NCBI GenBank assembly: GCA_017935345.1
Contig: JAGBHU010000052.1
Coordinates: 5,250 to 69,249 of the forward strand
DNA: 64,000 nucleotides
Direction: 5' to 3'
Source of the DNA: Coprococcus sp.
Lineage (GTDB): Bacteria; Bacillota; Clostridia; Lachnospirales; Lachnospiraceae
Position numbers and translations under genes: made by a program. The notes under the pieces are model-generated. The model was not told the DNA's origin. It worked only from the letters and a program-made list of their open reading frames with translations, and searched no databases. Positions 39,099 through 47,838 of this stretch are shown piece after piece (the stretch's first letter is position 1; each line of letters opens with the position of its first letter).

Positions 39099-40082
39099 AT
39101 GATAGTGGAAATACTTACAATACTGGGACAAATCGTCTTATTGGCTATAGGATTTATATGTCTTGTAAAGGGGGCGGACTGGTTTGTTGAGGGCGCATCC
39201 AAGATTGCGGTAAAATGTAACATACCGGAGATGGTAGTAGGCCTTACCATTGTGGCACTCGGAACAAGTGCGCCGGAAGCTGCTGTGAGTATAAAGGCAG
39301 CCATTGCAGGAGATGATGGTGCAGGAATGGCAATAGGCAATATACTTGGCAGTAATATCCTGAATATATTGTTGATATTGGGAGCGGCATCTCTCTTTGC
39401 AGCTCTTTCCATTAAGAAAAATACAATCAGAATTGACATACCGATTGTAATAGTCGTATCGGTTGTCACTTTGCTGCTGGGATATTCTGACGGAAAGCTT
39501 AGCAGAATTGACGGTGCCATTTTCTATGTGATGCTGATAGCTTTTATTGTATATCTTGTAATAACGGCAAAAAAGGGCGGAAATGATGGAGAAGGTATCG
39601 AGATAACGGAAAAGGATACCGCATTAAGGCTGATACTCTTTATTGCAATCGGTATCGTAATTATCGTCATAGGAAGTACGCTTACCGTAAATGCTGCTTC
39701 TGCCATAGCCCGCAAATTCGGAATGACAGAGAGTCTTATAGGCCTTACAATCGTTGCATTTGGAACATCATTGCCGGAGCTGGTTACATCTTGTACGGCA
39801 GCGAAAAAGGGACAGACAGACATTGCAATAGGCAATATCGTAGGAAGTAATATCTTGAACATCTTGTTTGTTTTAGGAACGATGTCGTTGATTACGCCTG
39901 CCAAGTTTGAAAAATCATTCCTGTTTGACGGCATTATTTCCATAGTGGCTGCTATCATACTTCTTTTGTGTTGTTTTAGAAATAAGAAGCTTACAAAAAC
40001 CGGCGGAGTTGTGATGATTGTATGCTACGCTGCGTATTTTACATTTATAATGCTCAAAAACTATGGTATTATCAGCTTATAG
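39099..40082 (+). CDS. calcium/sodium:cation antiporter, CaCA family (YrbG-like)
   Basis: 327 aa; two alpha-repeats with GTSAPE and GTSLPE motifs. Confidence 0.88.
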   Translation: MIVEILTILGQIVLLAIGFICLVKGADWFVEGASKIAVKCNIPEMVVGLTIVALGTSAPEAAVSIKAAIAGDDGAGMAIGNILGSNILNILLILGAASLFAALSIKKNTIRIDIPIVIVVSVVTLLLGYSDGKLSRIDGAIFYVMLIAFIVYLVITAKKGGNDGEGIEITEKDTALRLILFIAIGIVIIVIGSTLTVNAASAIARKFGMTESLIGLTIVAFGTSLPELVTSCTAAKKGQTDIAIGNIVGSNILNILFVLGTMSLITPAKFEKSFLFDGIISIVAAIILLLCCFRNKKLTKTGGVVMIVCYAAYFTFIMLKNYGIISL

Positions 40083-40243
40083 CAGAGCAGGAATGAAACA
40101 AATTATGGTTTGAAATGATTCATTTGAAAAAATGATAACGGAAGGGAGGGACTACGCAAGGAAGTAGCTTCTCCCTTCGGCTTTGTAATCAGCCAGAGTG
40201 ATTGAATTGTAGGGAAATTCAAATCATAACGGACGATTACACG

Positions 40244-40621
40244 ATGGACAGGTACATTTACGATGAAAGCAACGGTCTTTGGTACGAACTGCAAGGCGAA
40301 CACTATTTGCCGTGTCTTACCTTACTACCCGAAGAAGAAAAGCCTATCGGGCTATGGGGACAGCGGCATTTGCAGTATATCAGGGAGCATAAGCGGCTGT
40401 TCTATGTCAATCTGCTGACAAGCGGCAAGTTAAACAGTTATCTTGCTGATATAAATGAGCAGGCAGAGAAATTGTTCTTTCGGCTGGTAAGGCAGTTTGC
40501 TGAAAAAGAAGGCGTAACGGAAGAACTCAAAAACACCGACCAAATGGCTTGGATTGGCGCAATGAATAACATGCGGTCAAGAGCAAGGGAAATCGTTTAT
40601 ACAGACATCATCTACGCATAA
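40244..40621 (+). CDS. tnpV: TnpV-family transposon-associated protein
   Basis: ORF 40202-40621; start likely MDRYIYDE (40244); C-terminal IGLWGQRHLQYIREHKRLFYVNLLTSGKLNSYLADINEQAEKLF...DQMAWIGAMNNMRSRAREIV matches the TnpV family of Tn4451/CTn-like elements from memory. Confidence 0.7.
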   Translation: MDRYIYDESNGLWYELQGEHYLPCLTLLPEEEKPIGLWGQRHLQYIREHKRLFYVNLLTSGKLNSYLADINEQAEKLFFRLVRQFAEKEGVTEELKNTDQMAWIGAMNNMRSRAREIVYTDIIYA

Positions 40622-40752
40622 TCACACTTTGGAAGCGGTATAGGGATACTCATGCCGCTTCTTTTTCCTATCTACGCAGTAGTTTTTTTCACAAATCTGT
40701 GGTATAATCATTCCATGTCTGAGCGGCAAATCGTTATTTTGTGAGGGTAATA

Positions 40753-41403
40753 ATGGATTTTTTAGATAAAATACGTGTACCTCAAAAATCAGATTCTACC
40801 AAAAGGCAAATTATTCTTACAATAGGTATCTTACTTTTGGGAATCTGTATGGGGACATTTTCCAAATACTTAGATTATACGCAAGGGCATCTTCCGGTCC
40901 TGTTACAAGCGATTGATAATGCCTTGGATTTTCACAATTTCTTAGGTGGATTTGCACCGTGGATCGTGATTGCGGTCTGTATAGCTGTATACAGTCATGC
41001 GCCTTTTAGAGCCGCAATGAATGTTTTCCTGTTTTTTGTAGGATTTGTAGCAAGCTATTATCTGTACTGTAATTTTGTGGCGGGTTTCTTTCCAAGAAGC
41101 TATGCTATGATTTGGATTGCATATACAATCGCCTCTCCGTTTCTTGGCTTTTTATGCTGGTATGCGAAAGGGAAAGGCTGGGTTGCCCTTATTCTTTCCG
41201 CAGGCATTTTGGGAGTTTTGGTGAACACTGCTTTTGTGTATGGAATGTTTTATATAGATATTCGTTCTTGGCTGAACCTTTTAATGTTGCTGCTTGGAAT
41301 ACTTGTTTTACGAAAATCCGTCAAGGAAACAATTTGTATGATGGGGATTTCCATTGTTTTTGCGCTAATTATTAAAACGGTTGTTCCATTCCGCTTTTGG
41401 TAA
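40753..41403 (+). CDS. hypothetical polytopic membrane protein
   Basis: ORF 40741-41403; ATG 40753 after GAGGGTAATA; about 6 predicted TM helices; no family recognised. Confidence 0.45.
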   Translation: MDFLDKIRVPQKSDSTKRQIILTIGILLLGICMGTFSKYLDYTQGHLPVLLQAIDNALDFHNFLGGFAPWIVIAVCIAVYSHAPFRAAMNVFLFFVGFVASYYLYCNFVAGFFPRSYAMIWIAYTIASPFLGFLCWYAKGKGWVALILSAGILGVLVNTAFVYGMFYIDIRSWLNLLMLLLGILVLRKSVKETICMMGISIVFALIIKTVVPFRFW

Positions 41404-41449
41404 ATTTAATTCCCGTTTATCGAGCAAAAATATCATACGCACTCAAACC

Positions 41450-41500
41450 GCAGAGCCAATGAAGATGTAAGGAAACTCACATTTCATTGGCTCTTTCTTT
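41450..41500 (+). terminator. intrinsic terminator
   Basis: agagccaatgaa...ttcattggctct 12 bp stem plus ttcttt. Confidence 0.55.
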
Positions 41501-41571
41501 ATCCGTCTAAATGCAAGCTAAATAGTATTCCCATCTTTACCGAGAAATATTCAAAAACCCCGAAAAAAGCA

Positions 41572-41599
41572 TTGACAAGCACATACCTTGCGCTATATA
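41572..41599 (+). promoter_or_regulatory. sigma-A-like promoter TTGACA-16-TATATA, flanked by 9 bp inverted repeat ccccgaaaa/ttttcgggg
   Basis: seen directly at 41557-41619; would drive a long leader (about 650 nt) ahead of the symporter gene. Confidence 0.4.
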
Positions 41600-42254
41600 G
41601 TAAAATACCCTTTTCGGGGAGTTACAACTGAATACCCAATGTTCTTGAAATGGAATTGCGGCGTAAGCCGCCTAACGCCTGCGGTATGCTAAGAGAAAAT
41701 ACCGCTCCCCGCCGTCAAAAGCTGTTTTGCCGTTTACAACTGAATGAACGTCCGAATGGGATATGATTTTGCGATGACATCTTTCTTACAGAAAGCGAGC
41801 AAGACAACGCTGCTGGGGAGATAACCTTGGTTGTCGGGGCAAAGCCCCCAGCCTCGCAGAGCCCACTGGCACTTTGCAGCCGTAAGGCTGAAAATGTCAT
41901 AGTGGGTTACGCACTTTGAAAAAGATGCGTAAAAATGGATGACTCTTCATCCGAAAACAAGCACAGGAACAGCATGACCGATATGGCTACACCGGCCAAC
42001 AAAATCAATGATTCAGTTTTGAGACAAAAGCCGCTTTGGGGCATCTTCCTTACGGAGGGTGCCCCAACCGCAGTGCTTTTTTGTATATATGCTTTCGTGA
42101 TATAAGAGAAGCAATACTTTATGATTATGCCTTGACGCATATACCAAAGTCAGATATAATACAAAAGTATTTATTACATAAAAACTTTAAAGTTGCGTGG
42201 CTTTAACGCAATAAAGTAAAATGAACAACAAAAAAATGAAAACGGGAGGGTATT

Positions 42255-43796
42255 ATGGCACTGAAGATTATTATGCTTGTAATATTTTTCGGAGTAATGA
42301 TAGGCGTAGGCTTTTACTCCAGAAAACAGGCAACAGATGTTAATGGATTTGTACTTGGAGGAAGGTCTGTGGGCCCATGGCTTACAGCATTTGCATATGG
42401 AACTTCTTACTTCTCTGCGGTTATCTTTATAGGTTATGCAGGTCAGTTTGGTTGGAAGTATGGTATTGCATCAACGTGGATTGGTATTGGAAATGCAGTT
42501 CTTGGTTCACTGATTGCATGGGTAGTGCTTGGCAGAAGAACAAGACTGATTACACAGAAGCTTGATTCAAGAACAATGCCTGAGTTTTTTGAGAAACGAT
42601 ATAACAGTAAATCATTGAAGCTTATTTCGTCATTGATTATTTTTGTATTTCTTATTCCGTATACGGCATCTCTGTATAACGGACTTTCAAGATTGTTTGG
42701 TATGGCATTTGACATAGATTATAAGATATGTGTTATTGCGATGGCAGTCCTTACAGGTATCTATGTAATAGTAGGCGGTTATATGGCAACGGCAATCAAT
42801 GACTTTATTCAGGGACTGATTATGCTGGTAGGTATTGTTGTGGTTATCGGTGCCGTACTGAATAATTATGGCGGACTGGCAGGTGCCCTTGATAAGCTGG
42901 CACGTGTTCAGGATGCGGCAGTTTCAGATACACCGGGTATATTTGCATCATTTTTAGGTCCTGATATTTTTAATCTGATGTGTGTAGTTGTACTTACATC
43001 ACTTGGTACATGGGGACTTCCACAGATGGTTCAGAAGTTCTATGCGATAAAAGATGAGAAATCAATCAAGACCGGAACGATTGTTTCAACATTTTTTGCT
43101 GTAATCGTAGCAGGGGGCTGTTATTTCCTGGGTGGATTTGGAAGACTTACCGATACGGATGTGGCAGCAGAAGGATTTGATGCGATTATTCCGCATTTGC
43201 TTGAATGTCTGCCATCCATACTGATAGGACTTGTTGTGATACTTGTGCTTTCTGCATCGATGTCAACCTTGTCTTCGCTTGTGCTTACTTCAAGCTCGAC
43301 ACTTACAATTGATTTTATCAAAGGCACTGTTTCACCGAAGATGAGTGAGAAAAAACAGGTATTTACAATGAGAATTATGCTTGTTGTATTCATTGCAATT
43401 TCAGCAGCTATTGCAATCATTCAGTATTCAAGTAAGATTACATTTATAGCACAGCTTATGGGTGTATCATGGGGCGCTATAGCAGGTGCATTCCTTGCAC
43501 CGTTCCTCTATGGCTTATACTGGAAGAAGACAACCGTGGCAGCCTGCTGGGTCAGCTTTATCTGGGGTGCAGGTATTATGACTTTGAATTTTATAAGCAA
43601 TACCTGGCAGCCGTTCAGTTTCCCAAGTGTAATCCAGTCACCAATCAACTGTGGTGCACTTGCTATGGTAGGCGGACTGATTATTGTGCCGATTGTCAGT
43701 CTTATTACAAAAAAACCTGACCAGAAATTGGTTGATGAAGCCTTCTCATGTTATGATGAGACCGTAGTTGTAGCTCAGAAAAAGGCGCTTGATTAA
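42255..43796 (+). CDS. sodium:solute symporter (SSS family, PutP/PanF-like)
   Basis: 513 aa, 13 TM; N-terminal GGRSVGPWLTAFAYGTSYFSAVIFIGYAGQFGW typical of the SSS family. Confidence 0.85.
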   Translation: MALKIIMLVIFFGVMIGVGFYSRKQATDVNGFVLGGRSVGPWLTAFAYGTSYFSAVIFIGYAGQFGWKYGIASTWIGIGNAVLGSLIAWVVLGRRTRLITQKLDSRTMPEFFEKRYNSKSLKLISSLIIFVFLIPYTASLYNGLSRLFGMAFDIDYKICVIAMAVLTGIYVIVGGYMATAINDFIQGLIMLVGIVVVIGAVLNNYGGLAGALDKLARVQDAAVSDTPGIFASFLGPDIFNLMCVVVLTSLGTWGLPQMVQKFYAIKDEKSIKTGTIVSTFFAVIVAGGCYFLGGFGRLTDTDVAAEGFDAIIPHLLECLPSILIGLVVILVLSASMSTLSSLVLTSSSTLTIDFIKGTVSPKMSEKKQVFTMRIMLVVFIAISAAIAIIQYSSKITFIAQLMGVSWGAIAGAFLAPFLYGLYWKKTTVAACWVSFIWGAGIMTLNFISNTWQPFSFPSVIQSPINCGALAMVGGLIIVPIVSLITKKPDQKLVDEAFSCYDETVVVAQKKALD

Positions 43797-43814
43797 GAAA
43801 AGAATATAAAATAA

Positions 43815-43873
43815 AGATACCCTGTGGAAATTTTTGGAACTTGAACCTCCAAAACATCCACAGGGTATTTTGA
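43815..43873 (+). terminator. intrinsic terminator after symporter gene
   Basis: ataccctgtgga...tccacagggtat 12 bp stem plus tttt. Confidence 0.55.
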
Positions 43874-44043
43874 TGTTGACAAGCTACGGCTGAAGCCTTA
43901 GCAATAGGCATGTGTTTTCAGAGAATATCTTTGTTGAAAGAAACATACATTTGTGATAATATATAATATGTTGAAAAATGCGCTGATTTGTTAGGAATAA
44001 ACAGTTATAAATAGTAATGATGATAAATGGAGAGGAGCTTTTT

Positions 44044-45567
44044 ATGAAGTGTAACAGGTGTGGAAATGAATTCTTTGCCGGAACGGTATGTCCAAATTGC
44101 GGAAATTCAGTTCCCATGGAAAATGCAAGTGAAACGGTAGCATATAATGAGGAAATTAGTGTAAATGTAGATGAAGGAACAGATAAGAATTTATCAGAGC
44201 CTGCAGTAAATGTGTATAGTCATGGAACACCTCAGCCTCAGGAGGGGATATTTGCAAATTCCGGTATGGCGAGTCAGGGCATGTACGGTGGACAGCCGAT
44301 GTCAAGCCAAAACATATATAGCGGACAGCCGATGTCAAATCGCAATATGTACGGCAGCAGTCAGCCGATGTCGGGGCAGCCGGTGCAAAGTCAGGGCATG
44401 TACGGTGGACAGCCAATGTCTGCTCAGATGTATAATGGCGGTCAGCCGATGTCAAGCCAGATGTATAACAACAGCCAGTCTGTGTCGGGACCGGGTATGT
44501 ACGGATATGCAAATACGAACGCCACCATGAACGAACCGCAAAAGAAATCAAAGCTGCCGATTATTATAGCAGGAATTACACTTGCGGCTGCTGTTATTGC
44601 AATTATTCTGATACTGGTATTGGTCGTATTTAAGAAAGATGATGACGGTAATGATGATAATAATATAGTTACAACAGAAGAGGGCAACAATGGGCATACG
44701 AATGAGCCTTCTACAGATACTACGGAACCTTCTACAGATACGGCAGAGCCATCTACAGATACAACAGAGCCTTCTACAGATGCACCTTCTACGGAAGATA
44801 ATAAGACAGGCAGCACACTTAGTGGAGAGATTCTGTTTAGCAACGAAACGGTGGAAATATCCTGCGATAAAACGTATATCAATGATATAGGCGAATTTGT
44901 AATTGAAGGTAAGATGACAAATAAAAGCGATGTAAAGATTGGAATGGGACTTGATGCATGTAGCGTGAATAATGTATCCCTGGATGCATATCTGTATGGC
45001 TCGGCAGATGCAAATGCAACAGGCGACTGGCAATTCGTAGTGGACGCAAGTGGCCTTGCCGTGTCAGACCTTACTAAGATTACAGATGTAGAAATGTATT
45101 TCAGTATATATGATGGTGAAACATACATGGATATCTTTGTAGATGAGATGAAGGCGACCTGTGATGTTGAGGTCACTACAAAAAAGGTAGTCGGTAAGGA
45201 TAATTGGAAAACGGTATATTCAAATGAGTATTGTGATATTGCTGCTTTGGATTGTGTTTTTGATGATGATTATTTAAGAGGCTACAAAACATATATCAGG
45301 GTTACAAATAAAACAGAAGAATTATCAACAATTATGGCGGATGATTCAAAGCTGGATGGTGCAGAGGTAGATATAAGAGGCGGATATCTTTGTGTTGCAC
45401 CAAAGGCAACTGCATATATGGTGGTATACTGGAATAAAGAGGATGTGCCTGATTCCGCAAAGAAATTTGGCGAAATCAATATGGAAATTGAAATGTATGA
45501 CAGTACCAATTATACCAGTATGACAGATACAGATATTACATTCAAGACAAATGGCGTTGTTGAATAG
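44044..45567 (+). CDS. zinc-ribbon membrane protein with Q/M/P/S-rich repeats, TM helix, TEPSTD repeats and C-terminal extracytoplasmic domain (possibly DUF4352-like)
   Basis: ORF 44017-45567; start MKCNRCG (44044, GGAGAGGAG RBS); CNRCGNEF...CPNCG zinc ribbon; (GQPMSSQMY)n; TM IIIAGITLAAAVIAIILILVLVVF; (TEPSTDT)x4. Confidence 0.55.
   Translation: MKCNRCGNEFFAGTVCPNCGNSVPMENASETVAYNEEISVNVDEGTDKNLSEPAVNVYSHGTPQPQEGIFANSGMASQGMYGGQPMSSQNIYSGQPMSNRNMYGSSQPMSGQPVQSQGMYGGQPMSAQMYNGGQPMSSQMYNNSQSVSGPGMYGYANTNATMNEPQKKSKLPIIIAGITLAAAVIAIILILVLVVFKKDDDGNDDNNIVTTEEGNNGHTNEPSTDTTEPSTDTAEPSTDTTEPSTDAPSTEDNKTGSTLSGEILFSNETVEISCDKTYINDIGEFVIEGKMTNKSDVKIGMGLDACSVNNVSLDAYLYGSADANATGDWQFVVDASGLAVSDLTKITDVEMYFSIYDGETYMDIFVDEMKATCDVEVTTKKVVGKDNWKTVYSNEYCDIAALDCVFDDDYLRGYKTYIRVTNKTEELSTIMADDSKLDGAEVDIRGGYLCVAPKATAYMVVYWNKEDVPDSAKKFGEINMEIEMYDSTNYTSMTDTDITFKTNGVVE
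44265..44480. repeat. imperfect 30-39 bp in-frame tandem repeats encoding M-Y-G-G-Q-P-M-S-S-Q units
   Basis: recurring cagccgatgtcaagccag / atgtacggtggacagcc blocks. Confidence 0.6.
44695..44795. repeat. 21 bp tandem repeat x4.5 encoding TEPSTDT
   Basis: gagccttctacagatacnacg repeated. Confidence 0.7.
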
Positions 45568-45628
45568 AGTGTAAAATAAAAAACAATTTGTTCCAAAAAA
45601 AAATAACGGAGACTGGAGGCTTGGATAT

Positions 45629-46576
45629 ATGATAAATTTATACAGAACAGATGAAAAAATATTATCAGAAATATCTGAATACGCAGATGATATCTGGGTG
45701 TCCATGACGAAACCGACAGTCGAGGAAAGTAAATTGATAGCAGAGAAGTATGATATCGATTTGGCTGATGTAAGGGCAGCGCTTGATGATGAGGAGAGTT
45801 CCCGTATAGAGGTAGAAGATAATTATACACTTATCATTGTGGATATTCCGTCTATTGAGATAAGAAATGACAGAGAGGCTTATACGACAATCCCGCTTGG
45901 TATTATTCTTGTAGGAAGTGCCATCATAACAGTCTGTGCGGAGAACACACCTGTTCTTGAAGCCTTTGTTGAGAAAAAAGTCAGGGAATTCAGTACGAAG
46001 AAACGGATGCGATTCACCTATCAGATTTTGTATAGAAGCTGTATGACCTACCAGTATTATCTGCGTGTTATGGACAGACGCAGAACGTTGATTGAACAGC
46101 GGATTCAGGAGGAGACCGAGGATACCGACCTCATTGATTTGCACGAACTGGAATCCAATCTGGTATACTTTGCAACCTCACTTCGTGCAAACGGGGTTGT
46201 GTTGGATAAGCTTACAAGATACAGCAGTATCAAACAGTATCCGGAAGATAAGGAGCTGCTGGATGATGTTATGGTGGAAAATAAGCAGGCTATTGAGATG
46301 ACAAATATATATCGGGATATTATAAACGGTACAAGAGAGCTTATGACTACCATTATCAACAACAGATTGAACAACGTCATGAAGTTCCTTGCTGCGATAA
46401 CCATCGTAATGGCGATACCTACGATTATATCAGGTATCTATGGAATGAATGTGGATGGAAAATGGATGCCGCTGGCAAAGACGCCATATGGATTTGAAAT
46501 TATATGCGGTATTATATTGGTAATCTGTATTATCATAGCGCTTGTGCTAAAGAAGAAGAAAATGTTAAAGATGTAA
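45629..46576 (+). CDS. corA: magnesium/cobalt transporter CorA family
   Basis: 315 aa; two C-terminal TM with YGMN motif (ISGIYGMNVDG). Confidence 0.88.
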   Translation: MINLYRTDEKILSEISEYADDIWVSMTKPTVEESKLIAEKYDIDLADVRAALDDEESSRIEVEDNYTLIIVDIPSIEIRNDREAYTTIPLGIILVGSAIITVCAENTPVLEAFVEKKVREFSTKKRMRFTYQILYRSCMTYQYYLRVMDRRRTLIEQRIQEETEDTDLIDLHELESNLVYFATSLRANGVVLDKLTRYSSIKQYPEDKELLDDVMVENKQAIEMTNIYRDIINGTRELMTTIINNRLNNVMKFLAAITIVMAIPTIISGIYGMNVDGKWMPLAKTPYGFEIICGIILVICIIIALVLKKKKMLKM

Positions 46577-46704
46577 TGTTATTTATAAATGGCGGAGGGA
46601 AATATCTCTCCGCCATTTATCTGATAATTCATTGCGGTAAAAATGAATTTTCTGTAAGTCTAAATGATATTTCTATGGAATATGTGTAAAAGGTAGGGAG
46701 GATT

Positions 46705-47838
46705 ATGAAAATATTTCATTTATCAGATTTGCATATCGGTAAGCTTGTTTATGGCTATGACATGGAGGAAGACCAAAGATATGTATTTCGTCAAATCATT
46801 CATTATGTACGAAAAAAACAGCCCGATGTTGTAGTAATAGCAGGAGATATCTATGATAAGGTTTTGCCTTCCGCAAAAGCTGTAAAGCTGTTTGATGATT
46901 TCCTGACAGAGCTTGCAGGTGAACAGACTGCGGTTCTGGTCATTAGCGGAAACCACGATTCAGCGGAGAGACTTGATTATGGAAGCCGGATTATGGAGAA
47001 AAACAATGTATATATAAAGGGCTCTTATGATGGCAATGCATGGAAAGTGGTATTTGAGGATGAGTATGGAGCTGTCAATTTCTATCTTATGCCGTTTGTG
47101 AAGCCTGTTGATATCAGAGAATATACAGAAGAAGAATGTCTGGATTACAGTCAGGCTATGGCAATCGCCATAGAAAAAATGGAACTCAATGAGCAGGAAA
47201 GAAATGTGCTTGTTGCGCATCAGAATGTAACGAATGCCGGCAAAAACAGAAAATGTGAATCAGAGATTGTGACGATAGGAAATGTAGATAACATAGAATC
47301 ATGGGTATTTGATGCATTTGATTATGTGGCATTAGGTCATCTTCATACGCCCCAGAATATTGGAAATGAAAAGATACGATATTGTGGAACACCTGTTATA
47401 TATTCGATGTCGGAGGCTTCTGATGAGAAATCAGTTACGATGATAACATTGGAAGATAAAAACAGGATAAAAACAGAGCTGCTGCCGCTGAAACAACTGC
47501 ATAAATGGTATGATTTTAAGGGAACCCTGAAGGAAGCCTTGAACAGGGAATATAACGAGGATTATGCCAGAATTATGTTAACTGACAAAGATGTCATCAT
47601 TGATGCGCTGCATCAGCTTCGAACAGTATATGGAAGACTGATGTTTATGGAATTTGAAACGCTGAAATCGGCAGAGAGTGATTCGGAAAGAACTGTAGCA
47701 GATGTGGAAAGTCTTTCTCCTGAGCAGGCATTTGCAGATTTTTATAGGCTTCAAAAGGGTAACGGACTTTCAGATGAAAATAAGAGCTACATCGAAAAAA
47801 TATGTAAAGAGTGGGAGGCGGAGTCATGCGACCTTTAG
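46705..47838 (+). CDS. sbcD: exonuclease SbcCD subunit D (Mre11-like nuclease)
   Basis: 377 aa; calcineurin-like phosphoesterase motifs MKIFHLSDLHIG, GDIYD, GNHD, GHLH. Confidence 0.9.
   Translation: MKIFHLSDLHIGKLVYGYDMEEDQRYVFRQIIHYVRKKQPDVVVIAGDIYDKVLPSAKAVKLFDDFLTELAGEQTAVLVISGNHDSAERLDYGSRIMEKNNVYIKGSYDGNAWKVVFEDEYGAVNFYLMPFVKPVDIREYTEEECLDYSQAMAIAIEKMELNEQERNVLVAHQNVTNAGKNRKCESEIVTIGNVDNIESWVFDAFDYVALGHLHTPQNIGNEKIRYCGTPVIYSMSEASDEKSVTMITLEDKNRIKTELLPLKQLHKWYDFKGTLKEALNREYNEDYARIMLTDKDVIIDALHQLRTVYGRLMFMEFETLKSAESDSERTVADVESLSPEQAFADFYRLQKGNGLSDENKSYIEKICKEWEAESCDL

Noticed and set aside
41600-41900. glycine, c-di-AMP (ydaO) or group II intron domain V identity for the GC-rich segments
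   Set aside because: Only short partial matches (GGGGAG, CGGGGCAA) are present. None of the consensus cores is complete, so the region is left as an unclassified non-coding region.
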